Source: a virus. Taken from it: a DNA stretch of 64,000 bases. Positions 1 through 9,683 of the stretch are shown here, piece by piece. Below the pieces are notes generated by a model, which worked only from the letters and a program-made list of their open reading frames with translations, ran no database searches and was not told the DNA's origin. The position numbers and the translations under genes are program-made. How positions within the stretch are numbered: position 1 is the first letter of the stretch; each line of letters begins with the position of its first letter. The stretch is from IMG/VR virus record IMGVR_UViG_3300046171_000155; one strand, 5' to 3'.

Positions 1-483
1 ATCAATCTTTTTAGTCTCGCCTTCCTCATCGGTTTTTAAGAACTCGTTTGAAATCTTAGAAATGATATCACTCCCGCTACCTGAGTAAGCCCGGTTGATA
101 TTCGTCGTCTTAGAAAGGAACGCAATATCTTCGATTAGATGGGCGACGTATTGTTCCTGATCGTCTTTAATTTTCTCAGATTTAATCAACTTGTCTAAGT
201 AGAATGTCTTCTTGATTAACTCCGGTTTTCGGCAACTGTGGTCATCTTCTTCTTGCACCATCACCTCAATCCGTACTCTTTCGCCACCGTCAATACCCAG
301 AAAGTCAATTGAAGCATCGAAACTTACAAAACTCATTACTGCTGTGAGGTAGGGTTTGTCTATGTGTTCGAAGAAATCTAGATCAAGCACACTAGGCGCA
401 ATCTCAACAGGTATGCCATCTATAACTTCAAACTCAACGCTCGAAAGTGCAATGTGTGTTTTGTATTCGGATGGACCGCTCAT
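1..483 (-). CDS. Baseplate hub/tail protein (partial, runs off window start)
   Basis: ATG at 483-481 overlaps the gp53 stop; open frame MSGPSEYKTHIALSSVEFEV...DFFEHIDKPYLTA; position after gp53 as in T4-like marine phages. Confidence 0.6.
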   Translation of the reverse strand, partial: MSGPSEYKTHIALSSVEFEVIDGIPVEIAPSVLDLDFFEHIDKPYLTAVMSFVSFDASIDFLGIDGGERVRIEVMVQEEDDHSCRKPELIKKTFYLDKLIKSEKIKDDQEQYVAHLIEDIAFLSKTTNINRAYSGSGSDIISKISNEFLKTDEEGETKKID

Positions 484-1202
484 TATGACCTAGCCGCTCT
501 AGCAAACATAGAAGTGACTGTAGCGATTGAACTTGGTTTAATCGCGCGGATCTGCCTTGAGTCTTCATTCTGTTTCTGATAGTATTCAAGGTTTGTCATT
601 TCAAATAGACCAGTATTCCAACCATCTTTGGTTCGGTAGTCTGTAAGGTTGCCCTCACTATCTACATAGTGGTGAGCAGAAAGGTATTCACTATTAACAG
701 ACATCAACGTTGGTGTTTGTGTAACAATACCATCAAGGTCTGATATAGTATCGCCAGCAACAAACTCAGAATCGTCAATAGGGTCTATGACAACTTGACC
801 CATGCTTGTATCGATACGTATAAGTCTACCAGTAGCACCGCTTTGTGATACGACTTTCGTTACTTTTGAAAACATATCAATATCGTCTTGGGTGTTTAAC
901 GTAACGTTAGGAAAGTCTTCTTTCGCTTTCTCTATGATTGCTGTTTGAGTCAACGGCCACCCCTGTTCGCGTATGTGGTTGTTCATTAGATAGAACGTCC
1001 AATGTAATGTAGGGTTATTATACAATCTATGTGAGACATTGTCTGGACGTTCGCCATCTCGTATGTAGAAGTCTTGATAGAACGCAGAGTTTTCTTTTAA
1101 TTGATCTATGATCTCAACGTACAGAGAAATATTCTGCATGAGTGCGGTATCTCCGTTCGCGAACTGATAAAACTCTTTTGGAAATTCTCGGAAGTATGAC
1201 AT
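483..1202 (-). CDS. gp53: Baseplate wedge subunit gp53-like
   Basis: MSYFREFP start, LysM-like IRDGERPDNVSHRLY..LHW motif, HHY and C-terminal NE..R.I..IKP typical of gp53. Confidence 0.85.
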   Translation of the reverse strand: MSYFREFPKEFYQFANGDTALMQNISLYVEIIDQLKENSAFYQDFYIRDGERPDNVSHRLYNNPTLHWTFYLMNNHIREQGWPLTQTAIIEKAKEDFPNVTLNTQDDIDMFSKVTKVVSQSGATGRLIRIDTSMGQVVIDPIDDSEFVAGDTISDLDGIVTQTPTLMSVNSEYLSAHHYVDSEGNLTDYRTKDGWNTGLFEMTNLEYYQKQNEDSRQIRAIKPSSIATVTSMFARAARS

Positions 1203-2449
1203 TAGTAACCGTCCTTAACATCTCTTCTGCTGATAGTTTCTTCTTCAACAAAGTTTAGCGATAAGTCTATCTCAACTGGGCGACCGTCTGGGTGGAATGC
1301 CATAGAAGATGCGTTATAGTTAGTGGAAACAGATCGTAGGTAACAATCTTTGATTTTGTTACCAACAAGAACCTGTTTAGTTTCTTCTACTTCGGTCTTA
1401 TTTCCTTCTTCATCCACCTTTTCGACCATTACCTTTTGCTCAACATAAACACTAATACTGAACAGGTCAGGGTATTTGTATCCGGCAGCAACTGGTCCCA
1501 TATCGATCACTTCTGGATATGAGTATGTTCTAAAGGTTCTGATTATTTTCTCGACTATTTCTGCCTCTTTCTTAGATTTCGGCAAAAACTTGAACTGGAA
1601 AGAATACTCACGCAAGTTCACACCTTTGAAGACACTTCGTAAATTAGGGTTTACTGTAACACCTGCGGCGAGAGAAAACGCTGAAGCAACTTCAGACGGC
1701 GTGAATTTACTTGCCAGTCTCGCGGTAACTACAGCAGCTTGTGATGCGTTCAAGTTTCCCTTCGCCATATCAAATACACTTCCCAACCCTTGTGAGAACT
1801 GATCCATGGTGGACTTAAGCAGACCACTTCCAGAATTCATCCCCGCAAGCGCACCTGCACCGAGTAGACCCAACTCTGTTCCAGGGATAGAAAAACTATC
1901 GTTTTGCTGAAACGCAACAGGTAGGTATAGTTGTATGGTAGGAACACCGTCTCTTTTTATGACCTTTCTATCGGTAAAATTTGAAGATGATGTGAAATCA
2001 TCGAATGCTTCTTTTAAGGATTCCTTTCCCGCAGTAGAATGCTTCAATGAATTTTCTTTTAACTTTTTAGCGGCGGCAGAATTTCGTTTTGATGATTGCT
2101 CCAATGCTCTTGATATAGCTTGTGCTTCGGCGTCATCTTTTAGTTTTCCTAAAGTCTTAGATCGGTTAAGATGTGTATTAGATTTATTCTTCGCTTCTCT
2201 GGACCTCCTGTTGGCGTCTTTCGCTGCTTTAAAAGACTCGTTCGCCTCTTTGATATGTTCGCCGCCTTCGTTACCTATGGAAACGGGTGAGATAACTTGC
2301 ATTATATTAAAATCTATTTTTGCTTTGTGACCATCGTTTTTAAGCGGATACTGCAATTTTGACTCAGCAGCTATATCCTCAATCATATCATCAATAGACT
2401 CGGAACTATATTCTGAATACTCGACTGTTGTTTTTGTAGTGTCTGCCAT
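1202..2449 (-). CDS. gp48: Baseplate tail-tube cap gp48-like
   Basis: LYLP, NPN...FKGVNLREYSFQFKFLPKS..EA, YP..F and LSLNFVE motifs; next to gp53. Confidence 0.85.
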   Translation of the reverse strand: MADTTKTTVEYSEYSSESIDDMIEDIAAESKLQYPLKNDGHKAKIDFNIMQVISPVSIGNEGGEHIKEANESFKAAKDANRRSREAKNKSNTHLNRSKTLGKLKDDAEAQAISRALEQSSKRNSAAAKKLKENSLKHSTAGKESLKEAFDDFTSSSNFTDRKVIKRDGVPTIQLYLPVAFQQNDSFSIPGTELGLLGAGALAGMNSGSGLLKSTMDQFSQGLGSVFDMAKGNLNASQAAVVTARLASKFTPSEVASAFSLAAGVTVNPNLRSVFKGVNLREYSFQFKFLPKSKKEAEIVEKIIRTFRTYSYPEVIDMGPVAAGYKYPDLFSISVYVEQKVMVEKVDEEGNKTEVEETKQVLVGNKIKDCYLRSVSTNYNASSMAFHPDGRPVEIDLSLNFVEEETISRRDVKDGY

Positions 2450-2465
2450 ATCGCATAACCCAATC

Positions 2466-2490
2466 TATAAATATCGTTAGACTATTTATA
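2466..2490. promoter_or_regulatory. Back-to-back T4 late promoters (TATAAATA + at 2466-2473, - at 2483-2490)
   Basis: Exact gp55-type late consensus on both strands between divergent gp48 and gp4. Confidence 0.85.
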
Positions 2491-2502
2491 CTCGAAATTC
2501 GA

Positions 2503-3015
2503 ATGAAGACTTACAAAGGCAGATACAAACCGAAGAACGCATTCAAGTACGCGGGTGACATTGACAACGTCGTCTACCGATCAGGGTGGGAACGTCACGT
2601 CATGAAGTGGTGCGATGATAACTCTGACGTGGTCGAATGGATGTCAGAAGATCTCGTGGTACCTTACATCTGCGAGACCGACAAGAAACCTCACCGATAC
2701 TTTGTAGACTTCGTGATCAAGTATAAATCAGGACGCGTTGTACTCGTCGAGGTCAAACCTGCCAAAGAGACGAAGCGACCTGAACGTAAACAAGGAAAGT
2801 CTCGCCAGACTCTATTGAACGAGGGTCTGACCTACATCAAGAACCAATCCAAGTGGAAGGCTGCAAAGCAATATGCAGACGACCGTGGGTATCATTTTGA
2901 GATCTGGACAGAGAATGAACTCACCGCTATGGGTATCATGCCCAAGTCCACGCAACGTATGCGTACTAAGAAACCACTCAAGAAATTGCCTCCGTTCAGA
3001 AAAAAGAAAAAATAA
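2503..3015 (+). CDS. gp4: Head completion nuclease gp4 (TnsA-like PD-(D/E)XK)
   Basis: YKGRYKPKN..KY.GD...YRSGWE, HRYFVDF, EVKP, NQSKWKAA motifs. Confidence 0.9.
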   Translation: MKTYKGRYKPKNAFKYAGDIDNVVYRSGWERHVMKWCDDNSDVVEWMSEDLVVPYICETDKKPHRYFVDFVIKYKSGRVVLVEVKPAKETKRPERKQGKSRQTLLNEGLTYIKNQSKWKAAKQYADDRGYHFEIWTENELTAMGIMPKSTQRMRTKKPLKKLPPFRKKKK

Positions 3016-3017
3016 CG

Positions 3018-3025
3018 TATAAATA
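3018..3025 (+). promoter_or_regulatory. T4 late promoter
   Basis: TATAAATA upstream of gp2. Confidence 0.8.
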
Positions 3026-3052
3026 CAAATACGAATTTTAACGGAAGCGCAC

Positions 3053-3638
3053 ATGTCTAAAATATTTCAGAACCTAGAACTGCAGGCGTTTCGTGCTGGG
3101 ATCACTCCGCGTACCAAGGAGTCCCGTGAGTGGTTCAGAAAGAAAGCATCGAGTCTTCGTCGTCTCAACCGAGAAGCGTTGATGAAAGAAGATCCTCTGA
3201 AGCAGACAAATCAAGAGATCATAGGTAGCATGTACATGTTCTTCTATGACCCAAAACATAAAGAGACTTTACCATACTACGATAAGTTTCCGTTAGTTGT
3301 AGTGGTCGGTCCGGCAGAAGGTGGGTTCTATGGTTTGAACCTTCACTACCTACCGCCGATTCTACGTGCGAAGATGTTAGACGCGTTGATGGAAATTACA
3401 ACGAATACCAAGTTCAACGACTCAACACGATTCAAGATGTCGTACGAGTTGTTGGCAAAGACTGCGAAACTGAAGTACTTCAAACCGTGCTTCAAACATT
3501 ACTTGAACGAGCATGTCAAAAGTAAGTTCGCGATGGTACCCGCACCAGAGTGGGAGATCGCAACATTCTTACCGACTGCAGCAGTTCGAGAAATCGGGTA
3601 AGAATAAAATCTATAATGACTCTAGGAAGATGATCTAA
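3053..3638 (+). CDS. gp2: DNA end protector gp2 (single extra base near 3581; corrected C-terminus ...PTAQFEKSGKNKIYNDSRKMI)
   Basis: YDPKHKETLPYYDKFPL, GLNLHYLP motifs; the conserved C-terminal tail is in another frame and ends at TAA overlapping the next ATG. Confidence 0.85.
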
Positions 3639-4264
3639 TGGCATCAATAGAAGATCTAAAAGGCAAACTGACATCTAAGAACGGCATTGCTGCTGCTAAC
3701 CAATACCGAGTTGAACTGCCGCGTTGGAGTGGTGCAAGTTCAAGAACACTCGATGTCGTATGCAAAGAAGTCAATATGCCTGGAAAGCAGATTTTGACTC
3801 TAGACAGACAGATGGGTATCTTTCAAGAAAAGGTTGCAAATGGATTTGCGATTGAAGATGTTACAATGGTCTTTCATGTTTTGAACGACTATGGCGTCAA
3901 AAAGTGGTTTGACTCTTGGCAGAAAAAAATCGTAGGGGATTATGGTTCCATGTCGGGGTTCGTAGGGTATAAAACCGACTATGTAAAGTCCATCAAGATA
4001 CATCAGCTGAGAAAACCGATCGCAAGGTTCGGGTTCGATCTTGGACCACTTGACATAAACTTCGATGCTTTTGGTTCTACTATATACAGTGTTGAGCTAG
4101 AAGACGCGTTCCCTACGACAATAACTTCTATTGCATTGAGCAACGACCCAGACGGTCTTGTTGAGGTTTCAATAACATTCTCTTATACCAAGTGGAGAAC
4201 AGTCAAGGATGAAAGAAGTTTACTAGACCTAGACCTAAACATTAATCTAGGCAAATATATCTAA
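3638..4264 (+). CDS. gp54: Tail tube initiator gp54 / gp19-like fold
   Basis: NQYRV, MPGK, LEDAFPTTI...V.ITFSYTKW tail-tube fold motifs; synteny gp2-gp54-gp26. Confidence 0.7.
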   Translation: MASIEDLKGKLTSKNGIAAANQYRVELPRWSGASSRTLDVVCKEVNMPGKQILTLDRQMGIFQEKVANGFAIEDVTMVFHVLNDYGVKKWFDSWQKKIVGDYGSMSGFVGYKTDYVKSIKIHQLRKPIARFGFDLGPLDINFDAFGSTIYSVELEDAFPTTITSIALSNDPDGLVEVSITFSYTKWRTVKDERSLLDLDLNINLGKYI

Positions 4265-4280
4265 ATTATAGGAATACATC

Positions 4281-4988
4281 ATGGCATTACCCCAGTTAAA
4301 TAGCACACCAAGTTACCGTATCACGATACCCTCGTTAGGAAAGCAAACTACCTTTCGTCCGTTTCTTGTCAAAGAACAGAAGGCGCTATTGATCGCATAT
4401 GAGACTCAAGATAAGACCGACATCGTACGTGCAATCACTCGCACGATCCACGCGTGTATAGAAGAACCTATCGAAGAGTCGCTTACCACATTTGATGTTG
4501 ATTATCTCTTCACTCAGATTCGTGCCAAGTCAGTAGGCGAAGTCGTAGACCTGTCTATCAAATGCGAAGAGTGTAATATGGCAAACGACATTTCTATTGA
4601 ACTTGACGATGTCAAAATGACACAGGAAGTACAAGAAAATATCATCCAACTTACCGACGATATTTCTTTGAAGATGCGATATCCAAGTTATGACGACTTC
4701 ATACAAAATGAGAAGTTGTTGAGCACCGAAAGCATGACCGAATCGCTCATGGAGTTGATCACTGTATGCTTAGACTCCGTACTGACCGAAGAAGAACGGT
4801 TTTCGATCAAAGACGAATCGCGAGAAGATGTGGTCAACTTTATAGATTCGATGACTTCGGATCAATTTGAGCGTGTCACTGAGTTCGTGCAGAACATGCC
4901 AGCAGTGTCTAAAGACATTGAGTTTACATGCGCAGGGTGTAAGCACGAGAACAACCGAACACTAAGAGGAATGGACGATTTTTTTTAA
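4281..4988 (+). CDS. gp26: Baseplate hub assembly protein gp26
   Basis: MALPQL..P.Y, FRPFLVKEQK, FD..YLF..IRAKSVGE, CxxC pairs, ends G..DFF. Confidence 0.9.
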   Translation: MALPQLNSTPSYRITIPSLGKQTTFRPFLVKEQKALLIAYETQDKTDIVRAITRTIHACIEEPIEESLTTFDVDYLFTQIRAKSVGEVVDLSIKCEECNMANDISIELDDVKMTQEVQENIIQLTDDISLKMRYPSYDDFIQNEKLLSTESMTESLMELITVCLDSVLTEEERFSIKDESREDVVNFIDSMTSDQFERVTEFVQNMPAVSKDIEFTCAGCKHENNRTLRGMDDFF

Positions 4989-5173
4989 TTAACCTCTCTC
5001 ATGATAACCTGACGAATTACTATCAGGTTAACTTCCAACTAATGAACAACTACAGTTATTCGTTAGACGAAGTCGAAATGATGATACCATGGGAGAGAGA
5101 AATTTACTTGACAATGTTGATTGATGATATAAAAGAAAAAAATCAAAGAGCACAACAACAGCAAGGTTTCTAA
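4985..5173 (+). CDS. gp51: Baseplate hub assembly catalyst gp51-like (no proper start; in the -1 frame of gp26)
   Basis: Frame reads LINLSHDNLTNYYQVNFQLMNNYSYSLDEVEMMIPWEREIYLTML, the gp51 signature. Confidence 0.8.
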   Translation, partial: LINLSHDNLTNYYQVNFQLMNNYSYSLDEVEMMIPWEREIYLTMLIDDIKEKNQRAQQQQGF

Positions 5174-6775
5174 ATGAGTATCCGAACAGTATCAGAAAGA
5201 ATAAAGCAACAGAACGAGTTGCTTCTAGAAATGAGGGAGGACGATAACAAGAACTCCGAAACGATGAATCAATCCCTTAACGAGATGAAAGAGGTATTGA
5301 TAGGCATTCAAAAAGTTCTTTCTGATCAAGACACCGAAGAGGACACTGAAGAATCTAGGAGAAAACTTCAGGATAAAGATAAAGACGACCCTAAGAAGCC
5401 AGGTTTTTTGGGTAGGATGTTCAGCGGGAATGATAAGAAGGACGGCAAAGGATTACTCGGCGGTATCTTCAGTAAATCGCTAGGGTTTTTGGTCAAGTCT
5501 CTTCCTTTGATCGGTCTTGCGAGTATGTTCTTTGGTGATGTCGTTTCTGGTTTATTTGCTTCAGCACTTGGCGATTATGATGCAGGCGCACTTGCTCAAA
5601 GAATGTTAACAGGTGGTCTATTAGGATCTTTCTTTGGTGTTAAGGGCGCGTTGATCGGCGCATTACTAGGAGCAATTTTAACCCCAGAAGCAAAGGAGCA
5701 ATTACTCATTCTTAAAGATTGGTTGGTAGAAAATGGCCCTTCTATGTTATCTTGGTTCGCAGAAGGTCTTACTTCAGTCCTCACTGGAATTAACGGTATA
5801 CTTAGCGGCGACATCTTAGGAAACCTTGGGACTTTCGTAGGACTCATAGGTGCAGTTGCATTCGCCTTTGCTCCATTCAAAACAGCAGGTCTGATATATA
5901 CCGTGATCAAAGGTCTCGGTACTTTTCTTATAGGTCTCACAGGATTACCCACTCTTTTTGGCAGGATATCCGCAAGTATTGCGGCAATGTATGCTACTGC
6001 TCGAATGGGCGGCAGATTAGGTCCAGGCGGAATGGGTCCGCCTTTACCTCCAGGAGGAAGGCCGCCTGCAGGCGGACCAAACCCAGCACCTCCAAGAAGT
6101 GGGGGTCGTGTAGGCGGATTCTTAAGAGGTGCTGGGAGTTTACTATCAAGAGGCGCAAGAGGTGTGGGTGGTGCTTTAGTCACAGGCGCAATGATGGCTC
6201 CAGGACTAGTAACTTCTGCCGCACGAACCGCAGGTTCTGCGATTGCTTCTGGCGCTTCTGCTGCAGGTTCCGCAGTCCGATCAGGGGTTTCGACAGCAGT
6301 ACCAGCGGTGCGTGGTGCTGCAGGTGGACTAGCGAGGTCTTTGACTGGACCTGCTGCTAAAACCGCAATCAAGAAAGTTCCTGTCATTGGTGCTCTCGCT
6401 GCATTGGGATTTGGTGCGAGTAGACTATTCAAGGGAGACCCAGTAGGTGCAGGATTAGAAATCGCTAGTGGTGTCGCTTCTATAATCCCAGGGTTTGGTA
6501 CTGCAGCAAGTGTGGGAATTGACGCTGCACTCATTGCAAGAGATATATCAAAGAATAAAACTCAAGAACTATCATCTGCTATTGACAACAAGTCCGAAGT
6601 GTTGAATGACGCAACTCGTGAGAGAGATGAACTTGTTGCTAAAACTTCTTCAAACGTTATTATGGATAACTCTACGACGAACAACGTATCCGGTGGCGGG
6701 GGCGGTGGAGTCTCTATCAGTTCGCCGATCACATTCTTCGACGATCTAGACCCTTATCTCAATTCTGGTAGATAA
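5174..6775 (+). CDS. Tape-measure/baseplate hub gp29-like protein
   Basis: Coiled N-terminus, hydrophobic Gly/Ala-rich segments, KKVPVIGALAALGFG motif; follows gp26/gp51. Confidence 0.6.
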   Translation: MSIRTVSERIKQQNELLLEMREDDNKNSETMNQSLNEMKEVLIGIQKVLSDQDTEEDTEESRRKLQDKDKDDPKKPGFLGRMFSGNDKKDGKGLLGGIFSKSLGFLVKSLPLIGLASMFFGDVVSGLFASALGDYDAGALAQRMLTGGLLGSFFGVKGALIGALLGAILTPEAKEQLLILKDWLVENGPSMLSWFAEGLTSVLTGINGILSGDILGNLGTFVGLIGAVAFAFAPFKTAGLIYTVIKGLGTFLIGLTGLPTLFGRISASIAAMYATARMGGRLGPGGMGPPLPPGGRPPAGGPNPAPPRSGGRVGGFLRGAGSLLSRGARGVGGALVTGAMMAPGLVTSAARTAGSAIASGASAAGSAVRSGVSTAVPAVRGAAGGLARSLTGPAAKTAIKKVPVIGALAALGFGASRLFKGDPVGAGLEIASGVASIIPGFGTAASVGIDAALIARDISKNKTQELSSAIDNKSEVLNDATRERDELVAKTSSNVIMDNSTTNNVSGGGGGGVSISSPITFFDDLDPYLNSGR

Positions 6776-6806
6776 GAAAAAGGGGACTTAGTGTCCCCTT
6801 ACTTTT
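6776..6806. terminator. Bidirectional intrinsic terminator
   Basis: AAGGGGAC-TTAGT-GTCCCCTT hairpin with A-tract before and T-rich tract after, between convergent genes. Confidence 0.8.
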
Positions 6807-7057
6807 ACTTTAGATGCGTTTCAATCTCTGTGGAGATTCGTGATTTATTCCAAGATTTACGAACCACAACTCCATTCCTCTCAGCAGTCTCAATCAACTC
6901 CGCCTTTGAAAGGTTTGTTAGATCTGGTTGACTAGGTGTCGTGGGACGCGTACTGCCCCCACCTGTAGTCTTCTCTGGTTTGTTTGATACTGATCGGTAG
7001 ATCAGACCAAATGCGACTAATCCCTGCTAGGATTAGAATAATCATATTTGTATCCAT
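6805..7057 (-). CDS. Small membrane-anchored protein with C-terminal Rho-N/HeH-like motif (two apparent indels)
   Basis: MDTNMIILILAG/LVAFGLIY...DLTNLSKAELIETAE/RNGVVVRKSWNKSRI, readable only across two single-base shifts. Confidence 0.5.
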
Positions 7058-7059
7058 TT

Positions 7060-8010
7060 TTAGTCCTCCGCAGCCATCTGCGCAAAGTAAGAAAGAGTGT
7101 CATCTTCTTCTGCAGACGCGGCAGCAACAGGTGCTGGTGCAGGAGCAGAGACGATAGTCGGTTCAGACGCTTCACGCGCAGGGGCAGATTCAGCAGACTG
7201 TGCTACTGCCTCGTTACGTAATGTTGCGCCAGCACCAGTAGCGACACCAAGTACAGTTTCAAGTTTGTTCTTCAGATCGTCATAAGACTTGAACCAGTTC
7301 GCGTCATGCGCGTTCGGGTAGTTAGGAATTACAAACTCATTCAGATCGTATAGCGAGTTATAGGTCGCTTCCAATCGCGTTTCGTCGGCGTCTGCAAGAG
7401 GTGCAGGAGATTTGAAGTCCGACTTATCGTAGTTACGATACCCAGCGACATTACGAATCTTTAGTTCGAAGTCTGCGCCAGTCCAGAAGTCAAATGGGTT
7501 GACCGGAGTCTCTCCAGGGAATTCTGGTTGCATCATATCCATGATCTTATCAAAGATTTTCTTACCGAACTCATAGATGAACACTTTACCGTTGTTCGCA
7601 GGGTTCGCAGGATCATTAATCACTTGGATGTTAGTGACATAGTGTAGACGGCGCTTCTGGCGACGTGCGGTCTCTTTGTCTTCTTCGATGCCTGAGTTCC
7701 ACAGACGGGAGTTCAACTCACCGACTGGATCGTTCTGACCAAGGGTAGTGAGCGATCGCTCGATGTACCACTGTCCGGTTGGACCCTTGAACGCGTGATC
7801 CCAGTAGCGTACCCACGGAAGATCTTGACCTTCAGTAGCAGGAAGAAAACGAACCACAGCGTAACCATTGCCCTGTTCATCAACAGTTGGCTTCCACTTG
7901 CGATCGTCTTGGTATTTGTTGGTATTAGATACTTGACCTGACGCTTCGGTCGCGGCAGTGACAAGTTTGGAGATGTCCATAGATCTGGACTTTAGATTTG
8001 CAAAAGACAT
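7060..8010 (-). CDS. gp32: Single-stranded DNA-binding protein gp32
   Basis: MSFANLK, DDRKWKP, GNGYAVVRFLP, HAFKGPTGQWYIE.SLTT, FGKKIFDK, acidic tail DDTLSYFAQMAAED. Confidence 0.95.
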   Translation of the reverse strand: MSFANLKSRSMDISKLVTAATEASGQVSNTNKYQDDRKWKPTVDEQGNGYAVVRFLPATEGQDLPWVRYWDHAFKGPTGQWYIERSLTTLGQNDPVGELNSRLWNSGIEEDKETARRQKRRLHYVTNIQVINDPANPANNGKVFIYEFGKKIFDKIMDMMQPEFPGETPVNPFDFWTGADFELKIRNVAGYRNYDKSDFKSPAPLADADETRLEATYNSLYDLNEFVIPNYPNAHDANWFKSYDDLKNKLETVLGVATGAGATLRNEAVAQSAESAPAREASEPTIVSAPAPAPVAAASAEEDDTLSYFAQMAAED

Positions 8011-8079
8011 AATATGTACCTTGTATAAACTAAAATATAAACTTAAGTATGAATCGCCTCTAGGGCATATGTATTTATA
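8011..8079 (-). promoter_or_regulatory. gp32 leader: late promoter (8072-8079), small hairpin and AU-rich putative autoregulatory operator
   Basis: TATAAATA, GCC-CTAGA-GGC and a repeated AGTTTATA before the ATG. Confidence 0.5.
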
Positions 8080-8311
8080 CATCTAGAGTGTTCTGTTTCG
8101 GCAGAAAGTTTAACTGCCTTGCCTCAGATTCAATGTGTTCGAGTATCGTTGTACTGAGATACTTTCTCACATCCTCTAGTTCTAGGTTGTTCTTTTCGCA
8201 CAAGTGCAGAACACTATCCAAGTAGGATAGTCTGTTCTGATACACGAAAGTTTCAACCATAGATGAAAAAGACTTTTTTGTTAAGAACTGATCATCAATT
8301 TTGTCATTCAT
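8075..8311 (-). CDS. gp33: Late transcription coactivator gp33
   Basis: FS..VE......SYLD.VLH.CEKN.LE......IE.EA..LNFLPK; next to gp32. Confidence 0.9.
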   Translation of the reverse strand: MNDKIDDQFLTKKSFSSMVETFVYQNRLSYLDSVLHLCEKNNLELEDVRKYLSTTILEHIESEARQLNFLPKQNTLDV

Positions 8312-8570
8312 TCAAAACCTCGATGTTGGTGACGTTCTCAACGCGGAACGAACGCCATGCTTGCTTATCGATAGCAAATGCACGAATTACAGATTTATTG
8401 ACAGAGAACTGCTCGACCTGAGTCACTTTCGTTTCCGAAATTTCAGGCATGTAGTTCGTCTGAAGGGTGCAAGGCATGACACGCTCTTCCCCATCAACTT
8501 TCTTAAAAGTTACTTGGAGAACACTAGAGCGCAATTGATCGATAATTTTATCATAATCAAAAAATGTCAT
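8304..8570 (-). CDS. SH3/Sm-like (WYL_2/DUF2693-like) small protein
   Basis: V.FKKVDGEERVMPCTL...D..AWRSFR motif. Confidence 0.65.
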   Translation of the reverse strand: MTFFDYDKIIDQLRSSVLQVTFKKVDGEERVMPCTLQTNYMPEISETKVTQVEQFSVNKSVIRAFAIDKQAWRSFRVENVTNIEVLNE

Positions 8571-8580
8571 ATCAAACCCC

Positions 8581-8877
8581 TTAGAACCGATCAAACTCTT
8601 CATCCTCTGCAGACTCTTCTTCACCAGCGTCTTGGTGGACATACTCAAGGAACTCTTCACTCTGGTCGAGTACTGCAATCGTGTGTTCGAATGCTTCGAG
8701 AGTTGCCAAGACAGCTTGACGCGTTTCATCTTCTTCTGATTTAGAAGCGTGTTCTTTTACGAAGGTATCGAGAGTGTCTAAGTATGCGCAGCGCATATAC
8801 TCTCGGGTGATTAACTCTACGTCATTACGTGAGTACTGACCGAGATCGATCAGATTTTCAGGTTGCGAAAGTGCCAT
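8581..8877 (-). CDS. Hypothetical acidic protein
   Basis: Coupled ORF in operon orientation. Confidence 0.6.
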   Translation of the reverse strand: MALSQPENLIDLGQYSRNDVELITREYMRCAYLDTLDTFVKEHASKSEEDETRQAVLATLEAFEHTIAVLDQSEEFLEYVHQDAGEEESAEDEEFDRF

Positions 8878-9101
8878 TAATTCCATTCCTCTTTCATGGT
8901 TGAATTGTAAACATCCGAATAACCGTCTTTGACGAAACGGTCATCATCTTGCCAACGCACGTCGGCTTTATAGTCTTGCTCATCTAGACGCACGACTTCT
9001 TTTGTCAGTTTAGCGCTTGATACTCTAATCTTGTTACGCTTCTGAATTTTCATTGCCGCGCGACGAATCATTGCATAACGCTCTTCTTTACTGACTGACA
9101 T
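8877..9101 (-). CDS. Hypothetical protein
   Basis: Coupled ORF in operon orientation. Confidence 0.55.
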   Translation of the reverse strand: MSVSKEERYAMIRRAAMKIQKRNKIRVSSAKLTKEVVRLDEQDYKADVRWQDDDRFVKDGYSDVYNSTMKEEWN

Positions 9102-9197
9102 AATTATACTCCAATTAAACTCTTTTGTCAAGAGTGTTCGTTGTTAGGATAGAGGGTATCTTCGGGATACCCTCGTTTCTTGACCTCTTTCTTACGA

Positions 9198-9674
9198 TCA
9201 ATGTGGGTGGATGGCCGATTGAACTTCGGTGAGTGCTTCGCCACCGGATTCGACCGACGCGTAGATTTCCTCTTCATAATGATACGCCTCATGTTCCCAA
9301 GGGTGATCTTCATAGGCAAGGTTTTTATACTCAACGCCATCGAATATATGATTATACGACAACATGCCGTTTTCGTCAAGCGTAAGACCTACATGAATGA
9401 GTCGACCCGATAAAATTTGCACAGCATGAACAAACTCGTGTGCAATATTAATCTTGAGTGATTGGTCATCTTGGTCGTGAGTTGAAAACCGAATGTCCAC
9501 TCGATCTTCATCACCATCTGTCTCACCAGAAAAATTGCCGATCATCTCTTCTTCAAATACAACCTTTACATAACCCCCCAGTCGAGTGATTCCGATAGAT
9601 TCTGCGCAACGGAAGATATAATCAGAAATCTCAAAACTAGGGGCGTTCTCTACAATAACATTCTCAGCAGTCAT
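9198..9674 (-). CDS. Zincin-like metallopeptidase
   Basis: AHEFVHAVQ plus downstream PWEHEAY motif. Confidence 0.7.
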   Translation of the reverse strand: MTAENVIVENAPSFEISDYIFRCAESIGITRLGGYVKVVFEEEMIGNFSGETDGDEDRVDIRFSTHDQDDQSLKINIAHEFVHAVQILSGRLIHVGLTLDENGMLSYNHIFDGVEYKNLAYEDHPWEHEAYHYEEEIYASVESGGEALTEVQSAIHPH

Positions 9675-9683
9675 ACCCAGTCC

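Noticed and set aside
5596-6534. 312-aa antisense ORF inside the tape-measure-like gene
   Set aside because: Mirror of Gly/Ala/Pro codon bias; no SD or recognisable motif.
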